DNA of 64,000 nucleotides from Ostreococcus lucimarinus (Eukaryota): NCBI GenBank assembly GCA_000092065.1, contig CP000583.1; one strand, 5' to 3'. Shown piece by piece: positions 58,380 to 64,000 of this stretch (position 1 is its first letter; each line of letters starts with the position of its first letter). The notes under the pieces were generated by a model. It saw only the letters and a program-made list of their open reading frames with translations, ran no database searches and was not told where the DNA came from. The position numbers and the translations under genes were made by a program.

Positions 58380-59939
58380 ATGCCTCGCGCGCGTCGCGCG
58401 CCGTCGCGCGCCGAACCGGCGCGCGACGCGAGCGCGAACGGCGTCCCGCCGACGCGCACTGCGCTGTTTGCGCCCACCGTGGAGACCGGCGACCGCTTCC
58501 GCGTCGACGCGAGCGTGCGAACGCACACCGCTGAAGGCGGGCGAGCGTGGACCCCGTACTCGCCGGGGCGCGACGACGCGCCGTGCGTGGTCGGGTTCGG
58601 CGTCGTTCAAGCGGACTCTCGCATCGCATCCGAATACGACGAAGAATTGCGCAAAGCGCGCAAGTTGCGGCGAAAGCTCGGCCTAGAGCTCGTGATGGAT
58701 GTGCGCTACGCCCGAAATCGCGGGACGGTGCAGACGACCATGTCCGTGGAGACGTTCATCGATGGCGCGGGCGCCGCCGGGACGATCTTCGGGACTCGAA
58801 GTCAAAGATTCAGATTCGTCGAAAACGCGATTCGACGGCGATACCCGCGGCGCGCGCGCGCGCAAGACGACGACGACGGCCCTCCGTGCGACGCGGACGC
58901 CGCCGTCGCGTGGCTGCTCCGACAACCGCACGATTCGCGAGACAGTATCCTCGTCGAATTCGATCGCGATACCGTGCGCAAGCCTTCGTTTCCGTATCGC
59001 GTGGTGTACGAGAGCGAGTCCGGCGACGAAGGCGCGTTCGGATGCGCGCTCACGGAAGCTGAGTTCGCCGACTGGTTAGGCGGTTGGCGTCCGCCGCCGG
59101 CCGCGAATCTCGACGAATTCTTCGCGATCCTGCGGACGATGAACGTCGATTTGAGCGGCATCGATACCGTCAGGACGCGGTGGCTATGTTTTGAAATTGG
59201 CAGTGGATGGGCGAACGTGTCCCTGGCTTTAGCGGAAACGCTCGGCGACGACGTATTGTGCATCGCGATGGACCCGAAGGAAGGGCTGGAATCGACACGC
59301 GCGAAGAACCACCCGCGCGTGCTCATTCTTAACGAAGACGTGTGGGATGCCCAATTCTTCATGGACGTCAGAAGAGCCACCGCTGGGCGCGTGCTTCACG
59401 CGCACGCGTCGCCGCTGTGTAAGTATTACTCCACGGAGCAGCGCCCGAGGCGAAAAAATCTACGCGACCGCGGATTGCAGCACGTGATTGATGAAGAGCT
59501 GCTGCACGCAGACTCCATGGTGACTGTGGAAGTCGACACGTTACGACTGCTAAATCCGCTTAGCATCAGCGTGGAGAACCCGCACAACGACGCGGATGGC
59601 ATCGGCTCGCGATGCGATCTCTTGTCCGACGTGTACGCAATGCTCGACTTCCTCGTGAGGTGGAGCGTGAGCTACTGCCACTTCACAAAGGGCGAGATAC
59701 GGAAGCACACCGACCTGTACGTCACCCGCAATCTGTACGACGTCATGAAAGAGGCGAAATGGAAGGGCCTGTGCACGTCGAGGTCGCCGTGCGCGTACCG
59801 TCGCCGATCGGGGGCGAGGCAGCACAAGTCTGGCGTTCAAAACCAAAAGGGATCGGCGAAAAAAGGGAGAATCCCTTTAGCGCTCGCTCGCGACCTCGCC
59901 AAGCACGTCGGCGTTCTCAAGACGGGCGTCGCGCGTTGA
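58380..59939 (+). CDS. C5-cytosine DNA methyltransferase-like protein (class I SAM fold) with unknown ~270-aa N-terminal region
   Basis: ATG at 58380. Motif order matches C5-MTases:
- I: WLCFEIGSGWANVSLALA
- post-I acidic: DDVLCIAMDPKE
- IV-like: RVLHAHASPLCKYYS
- VI: PLSISVENPHND
- VIII-like: YCHFTKGEIRKHTDLYV
- X-like: KKGRIPLALARDLAKHVGVL
Motif IV is P-L-C rather than the canonical P-C. The assignment is tentative. Confidence 0.6.
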   Translation: MPRARRAPSRAEPARDASANGVPPTRTALFAPTVETGDRFRVDASVRTHTAEGGRAWTPYSPGRDDAPCVVGFGVVQADSRIASEYDEELRKARKLRRKLGLELVMDVRYARNRGTVQTTMSVETFIDGAGAAGTIFGTRSQRFRFVENAIRRRYPRRARAQDDDDGPPCDADAAVAWLLRQPHDSRDSILVEFDRDTVRKPSFPYRVVYESESGDEGAFGCALTEAEFADWLGGWRPPPAANLDEFFAILRTMNVDLSGIDTVRTRWLCFEIGSGWANVSLALAETLGDDVLCIAMDPKEGLESTRAKNHPRVLILNEDVWDAQFFMDVRRATAGRVLHAHASPLCKYYSTEQRPRRKNLRDRGLQHVIDEELLHADSMVTVEVDTLRLLNPLSISVENPHNDADGIGSRCDLLSDVYAMLDFLVRWSVSYCHFTKGEIRKHTDLYVTRNLYDVMKEAKWKGLCTSRSPCAYRRRSGARQHKSGVQNQKGSAKKGRIPLALARDLAKHVGVLKTGVAR

Positions 59940-60157
59940 GTTTCTACCCGTCAACCCGTGTACGTCGCAAAGCGACCGTTCGAATCCAGCGAGCCTCTCC
60001 GTAAGGTATAGCACACGCATGTTCACCCAGAGACACCCAGTGGCAAAATGGAATTGTTGAAGAGAATGTCAATGGATTGCGAGAGAATGCTACAAGAGTG
60101 CCGCGGCGTTGGCGCAACCCGAGAAGAGGAATCGTCGTCGAGCGTGGTGGTGATGTG

Positions 60158-60262
60158 CTTAAATAAGATATCAATCGCGCTCGAAAGCTTAAATAAGATA
60201 TCAATCGCGCTCGAAAGCTTAAATAAGATATCAATCGCGCTCGAAAGCTTAAATAAGACATC
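60158..60262. repeat. Perfect 30-bp tandem repeat, 3.5 copies (CTTAAATAAGATATCAATCGCGCTCGAAAG)
   Basis: Units lie at 60158-60187, 60188-60217, 60218-60247 and a partial unit at 60248-60262. They are AT-rich relative to the surroundings. Each unit contains a GATATC palindrome. In the frame of track ORF 60048..60269 the units read LNKISIALES x3. Confidence 0.95.
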
Positions 60263-60334
60263 GTGGTAGATACATCAGTGCTACTAAATACATATACCCG
60301 AGTGTCCGATAAACAGGACGCGCGCGCGGAGGAG

Positions 60335-60907
60335 ATGCGACGGATGGTGGAGATTGAGGCGTCGGCGTCGGCGTCGGCGTCGCGGCGCGTGTCTCGCGAC
60401 GACGCGAAGGATTCGTATCCGGTAGTGGTCGTCGCGAGGGAGAGACCGCGCGATACACGACGAGTGGAGGAGCTAGAAACTGAACTTAAAAAGTTACAGG
60501 CGAAGAGCGAGCGGCAGACGAAGAAGATCAACGCGCTCAAGGAGGAGCTCGCGACGGAACGAAGGGCGCGCTCCAACGAGTTGCAGACGGTGCGCGCAAA
60601 ACACGAGCGCGAAATGCGCGATCTGGTCGCGTCGGTGAGCGGGGTGCAGAAATCAAATGTTCAACGGCGACGTCGGGTGAGTTCGAACGAGTATCCGCCG
60701 CCGCCTTCGAGGATAGTATCGGGCGCGGACGAGTTTGATGCGTTCATCGCATCGTTTCACGCTTTACCTTCGTCTCGCCTTCGCCCTCGCCTTCGCGTCT
60801 CGCCCTCGCCCTCGCGCGTCCGATCGGACAATCGGACCGTCGGATCGACGTCGATCCGTCCGAGATTTCCGAGACGCCCCGAGACGGCGATCGAGGATTC
60901 ATCGTGA
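60335..60907 (+). CDS. Possible small coiled-coil protein (weak model)
   Basis: Track ORF 60263..60907 begins on GTG; first ATG is 60335. The middle part (VEELETELKKLQAKSERQTKKINALKEELATERRARSNELQTVRAKHEREMRDL) looks like genuine coiled coil. Canonical donors GTGAGC (about 60633) and GTGAGT (about 60675) lie in-frame, so the real exon structure may differ. The Arg/Pro/Ser-rich tail is probably not coding. Confidence 0.35.
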   Translation: MRRMVEIEASASASASRRVSRDDAKDSYPVVVVARERPRDTRRVEELETELKKLQAKSERQTKKINALKEELATERRARSNELQTVRAKHEREMRDLVASVSGVQKSNVQRRRRVSSNEYPPPPSRIVSGADEFDAFIASFHALPSSRLRPRLRVSPSPSRVRSDNRTVGSTSIRPRFPRRPETAIEDSS

Positions 60908-60968
60908 TCGTCATCTCGCGACGCCGCGCGATCGCGATCGCGACGCGCGCCGCGCCCGGACGCCGACG

Positions 60969-61967
60969 ATGAAACCGTCCGACGGCGTCGACGTCGCGCG
61001 CCGCGCGTCGTCGACGTCGCCGCCGCGCACGCCCGAGCGCGACGCGACGATCGCGCGGCGACCGCGGCGCGACGATGCGACGGTGCCGACGACGACGACG
61101 ACGGACGCGACGGCGCGAGCGCGCGCGGACGCGAGCGAGTGGTTGGAATTCGACGGCGCGCGCGACGACGGGCCGCTGGAGGGGTTTCCGTACGAACTCG
61201 GGGCGCTGGACTCGGGGCGCGGACGAATCGCGTCACGCGCGTCGACGCGCGCGATGGCGCTCGAGGGCGCGTCGGGGACGAGCGACGGCGCGGTGAAGTC
61301 GAACGCCGGTGATTTCGCGACCGACGACGGCGCGACGGAATGGGACGCGATGTGGTCGCGCGGCATCGAGCGCGGGCAGGCGTTCGATTGCAGTCGAACC
61401 GAACCCGCGTTTGAGCGGTTTTTGAGCGCGCGCGCGGCGACGGGACGGGGCGCGAGCGCGCTCGTGCCGGGCTGCGGGCGCGGGTACGCGCTCGCGTCGC
61501 TCGCGCGCGCGGGATACGAGGTTTGCGTTGGTCTGGAGATCTCGAACACGGCGCGCGCGAGCGCGTTGGAACACCTGAAGACGGAGGACGTGCCGTCGAC
61601 GGCGGTGGTGGAGGTGATGGTGGAGGATTTCTTCGCGTTCGCGCCCGAGGAAAAATTTGATTTGTGCTACGACTGCACGTTTTTGTGCGCCATCGATCCG
61701 CGGCGACGCGAGGAATGGGCGCGCGTGTACGCCAATTGCGTGAAACCTGGCGGTATTTTGGTGTCCGTGGTGTTTCCGTGTGGGGATTTCGAGGGTGGTC
61801 CGCCGTACGCTTTGACGCCGGAAATCGTGCGCGACTTGCTCGCGCCCGTCGGTTTCGAAGAAGTGTCGCTGGAAGAAACGCCCGCGGAGCTCTACGCGCG
61901 AGGACGCTTGGAATATTTACACGTTTTTAAGCGAAGTGCGTTAAGCGAAGTGCGTAGCGTAGCGTAG
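60969..61967 (+). CDS. Thiopurine/thiol(halide) S-methyltransferase (TPMT/HOL) family SAM-dependent methyltransferase
   Basis: In-frame ATG 60969 lies inside track ORF 60735..61967 (another ATG at 60738). WDAMWSRGIERGQAFDCSRTEPAFERFL, then ALVPGCGRGYALASLARAGYEVCVGLEIS (motif I), FDLCYDCTFLCAIDPRRREEWARVYANCVKPGGILVSVVFP and GGPPYALTPEIV. This is the TPMT-family pattern as I recall it. Confidence 0.75.
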   Translation: MKPSDGVDVARRASSTSPPRTPERDATIARRPRRDDATVPTTTTTDATARARADASEWLEFDGARDDGPLEGFPYELGALDSGRGRIASRASTRAMALEGASGTSDGAVKSNAGDFATDDGATEWDAMWSRGIERGQAFDCSRTEPAFERFLSARAATGRGASALVPGCGRGYALASLARAGYEVCVGLEISNTARASALEHLKTEDVPSTAVVEVMVEDFFAFAPEEKFDLCYDCTFLCAIDPRRREEWARVYANCVKPGGILVSVVFPCGDFEGGPPYALTPEIVRDLLAPVGFEEVSLEETPAELYARGRLEYLHVFKRSALSEVRSVA

Positions 61968-62080
61968 TCGCTGAACCTAGGCTCTGTAAAAGTAATTGAC
62001 CCTGAAGCCGATGCCGACGCGTCGCCGAGACGAGAACGAGACCACGAGAAAACCTCGTTACTTCACGACGCTTCTTCAGC

Positions 62081-63059
62081 ATGTTCTCATCGCGCGCTCT
62101 ACGCATCATCGGATTACTTCTTTTCGCCATCGCCGTCGCGCCCGTCGACGCCGTGGTTTACTACGGTGCGTTTCGTCTCGACCGTCGCGCCGCGCGAGAT
62201 ACTAACAGACAGTTTTCTTCGGGTGCCCACAGGTGGCTACACGTACGGCGAAGACGGCTTTCAAACGTACGGCGGGGCCGCCGTCGTGCGTCCCGGCATT
62301 CGTCCACGTCGTTACCGCTACGGACGCAAGCTTTTACAACAAGACAAGAAGTGCAAGACGATGCTCGACGTCGTCGAAAGCCTCCCGCAACTGAGCTCGC
62401 TCAAAGAAGCCATCAAAGATTTACCGAAAATCCGCGACGCCCTGAACAACTCGACTGCCCAGGACACGTTTTTCGCACCATCGAACGAGGCCATCGCATC
62501 GTTGACGCTATGGGGCGGGTTCGATGATTTCAAACGCGGGCTCGAGGGCATGTTTTCGTCCGACGAGATCAAAGCTCTGGTCGTCGCGTATCACGCGATT
62601 CCGGATCAAAAGTTGAATTGGGGTCAACTTCGCGCCAAGGCGGCAAAGGGTGAGTTCTTACCCACCGCTCTTTCGAAGATTTTCCCTGATTCCAGCGCCG
62701 CGCTGGAGGTGAGCTGGTGGAAAGGGGACATCTTTCTCAAGGGCGTCGGCTCCGAGGCTAAAATCTCCGCCGCCGACATCCCCGCGTGCGGATCCATCGT
62801 GCACGTGATCGACGGCGTCTTGCTCCCTCTCGATGGCGACGGTGAACTCTCTGACGAACAAAAAGCCCGCATCGAAGCCGCGCGAATAGCTTTGGGCGGC
62901 AAAGATGAAGAACCGGGCGACGCGCCCGCGCCCGCGCCCGACGCAGCGCCCGCGCCCGCGCCCGCGGAAGTCTTTCCAGACGACATCGAAGAGCTCGACG
63001 TGGACTACCCCATGGAAGACCAGTACGGTGAGGCACCCGCGCCCGCACCCGCGCCCTAG
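62081..63059 (+). CDS. Secreted fasciclin (FAS1)-domain protein, 2 exons
   Basis: Exon 1 is 62081..62165 (signal peptide MFSSRALRIIGLLLFAIAVAPVDAVVYY). Exon 2 is 62233..63059. FAS1 blocks: MLDVVESLPQLSSLKEAIK, DTFFAPSNEAIASL, ALVVAYHAIPDQ, GSIVHVIDGVLLP. The tail is Ala/Pro-rich. Confidence 0.85.
62166..62232 (+). other. FAS1 gene intron (67 nt)
   Basis: Donor TACG|GTGCGTTTCG. Canonical branch ATACTAACAG. Acceptor GCCCACAG|GT. Phase 1; it joins the signal peptide exon to track ORF 62166..63059 in frame. Confidence 0.85.
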
Positions 63060-63064
63060 GGACC

Positions 63065-63102
63065 GACTCAAGACTCAAGACTCAAGACTCAAGACTCGAG
63101 AC
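63065..63102. repeat. Heptanucleotide microsatellite (GACTCAA)x5.4
   Basis: Units at 63065, 63072, 63079 and 63086, a variant GACTCGA at 63093. The array begins 6 nt after the FAS1 stop codon. Confidence 0.9.
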
Positions 63103-63198
63103 GATTTTACGACGACTTTTACCGCGAGCGCGCGACGACGCCGCTCTCTGAATGACACAAACTCTACCGTTTACCCAATCACAAACTAAAAGACTACG

Positions 63199-63314
63199 TC
63201 ACGGCGAACCCGGCGGCGGCGGCGGCACGTCCACGGCGCCCATCGGCGCGAATCCGATCCCCGACGGCGGCGGCGGCACGTCCACGGCGCCCATCGGCGC
63301 GAATCCGATCCCCG

Positions 63315-63348
<34 letters not shown>

Positions 63349-63966
63349 TCGCCCCGCGCCCCACTCCGTCGGCGGCTCCCCCGGCGGCGGCGGCGGCGGC
63401 GCTTCCTCCTCCTCCGTCTCCCCCCTCCCTCCCGGCGGTTTCGGCGGCACGTCTTCCACCGTCCACGGCTCCACCGCGAACTCGATCTCGTCCCCGCCCC
63501 TCGCGCCCTCCGGCGCCGTCACCGTCACCACCGGCCCGTTTGGAAAAATCTGCGCCCGCGTCTCCCCCCCCGCCCACGCCGTCGGCAGCCGCACCCGCGC
63601 GAACCGCCGTCCATCGTGTTTTTCAAGATCCAAATCGCACGGATCTCCCATCGGCGCCGCCGGGATCCCCGTGATCGTCGCCCGTCCCGCGCGCGCCGCG
63701 CGCGTCCCGCTCGCCGTCCCGCGCGCGCTCCCCCGCGCGCTCGTCAGCCGCAGCGCCGTCGCGCGCAGCGCCGGCGCGCCTCGCGCGCGTCCCGTCGTCG
63801 CCGTCGCCGTCGCCGTCGTCGTCTCGCGCGCGCGCGTCCCATCGCGCGCGTCCTCGTCGCGCGTCTTCGTCGTCGCGCGCGCCGTCTTCGTCGATCGCCG
63901 CGCTGACGCGTCGCGCGTCAGCGCGTCGAAGTACGCCTCGCGCTTCCGTCGCAGGTCGTCCGACAT
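63199..63966 (-). CDS. Proline-rich protein of unknown function with duplicated 17-aa unit
   Basis: ATG at 63966. The middle part is ordinary (GDPCDLDLEKHDGRRFARVRLPTAWAGGETRAQIFPNGPVVTVTAPEGARGGDEIEFAVEPWTVEDVP). The C-terminus has poly-Pro plus SGIGFAPMGAVDVPPPP x2. The N-terminal third is Arg/Thr/Ala-rich and could be non-coding. Confidence 0.45.
63213..63345. repeat. 51-bp tandem duplication followed by a (GGC)n run, coding part of the proline-rich C-terminus
   Basis: GGCGGCACGTCCACGGCGCCCATCGGCGCGAATCCGATCCCCGACGGCGGC recurs with a 51-bp offset (CACGTCC at 63226 and 63277). It is followed by about 11 GGC triplets (63316-63348). Confidence 0.9.
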
Positions 63967-64000
63967 CGCGCGCGCGCTCGGCGACGGCGCGCGCGTCGCG

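Noticed and set aside
59960-60000. tRNA-like T-loop string CCGTTCGAATCCAGCG just downstream of the MTase-like stop.
   Set aside because: The flanking bases do not pair into a T-stem (GACCG vs CCAGC). No acceptor, D or anticodon arms can be drawn on either strand. TTCGAA is a simple palindrome.
52211-60262. Tested whether the OTU/GIY-YIG/MTase block is a bounded mobile element with terminal inverted repeats, target-site duplication or a compositional shift.
   Set aside because: I compared 51915-52210 with the reverse complement of 59940-60160 by eye. I found only a 7-mer (ACCCGTC) in common and no TIR or TSD. Spot GC counts of the ORFs (about 55 percent) match those of other long genes in the window (about 58 percent). 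I therefore do not annotate a mobile_element. The hypothesis rests on gene content only.
59944-60576. 210-aa minus-strand ORF running through the 30-bp repeat (SYLSFRARLI x3).
   Set aside because: It has no motif and Ser/Arg-rich composition. It is antisense to a more plausible plus-strand coiled-coil ORF. It would converge head-on into the MTase-like gene end. It is kept only as an alternative if stranded RNA-seq says otherwise.

Overview
This is eukaryotic nuclear DNA, not prokaryotic. It has spliceosomal introns, cytosolic ribosomal, proteasome and snRNP genes, and nuclear genes for plastid proteins (RbcX, plastid-type PDH E2, SAL1, an SLC17/PHT4-type transporter). Three traits fit a compact Mamiellophyceae-type (Micromonas-like) green alga: extreme GC richness with CGCG-saturated intergenic DNA, very short AT-rich gene ends, and GTGCG...ACTGAC...AG introns. 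That assignment is inference only. I call 38 protein-coding genes, whose spans cover roughly 80-85 percent of the window. I also call 7 introns, several micro- and minisatellites, and one shared promoter element. I found no rRNA, tRNA or CRISPR. Many long Arg/Ala/Ser-rich ORFs in the supplied track are composition artefacts in alternative frames. The track also lets ORFs begin on GTG/TTG, so I re-set several starts to the first ATG or to a spliced upstream exon. Gene order alternates strongly: 30 of 37 neighbour pairs switch strand. This gives 15 head-to-head pairs on CpG-rich bidirectional promoters and 15 tail-to-tail pairs separated by only 43-296 bp. The one block that is not ordinary housekeeping lies at 52.2-59.9 kb. 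It is a divergent gene pair. One member is a 1536-aa protein with an OTU protease domain, a GIY-YIG nuclease-like core and three Myb/SANT-like modules encoded by a near-perfect 3 x 399-bp tandem repeat. The other is a 519-aa C5-cytosine-methyltransferase-like protein. A 1.5-kb ultra-GC spacer separates them. I read this as a candidate nuclease-plus-methylase module (R-M-like, selfish or virus-derived). I cannot match it from memory to a described eukaryotic system. Other second-look items:
- a 38-nt palindromic element shared by two bidirectional promoters
- RPAC2 and RbcX start codons overlapping on one CATG
- a trithorax-type SET protein carrying three SAND-like modules
- an F1-ATPase alpha-like paralogue with a dead P-loop
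- an SmD1 3' exon whose 5' exon I cannot find
- a bacterial-type U32 peptidase gene
All homology calls are by-eye motif recognition from memory. No searches were run.
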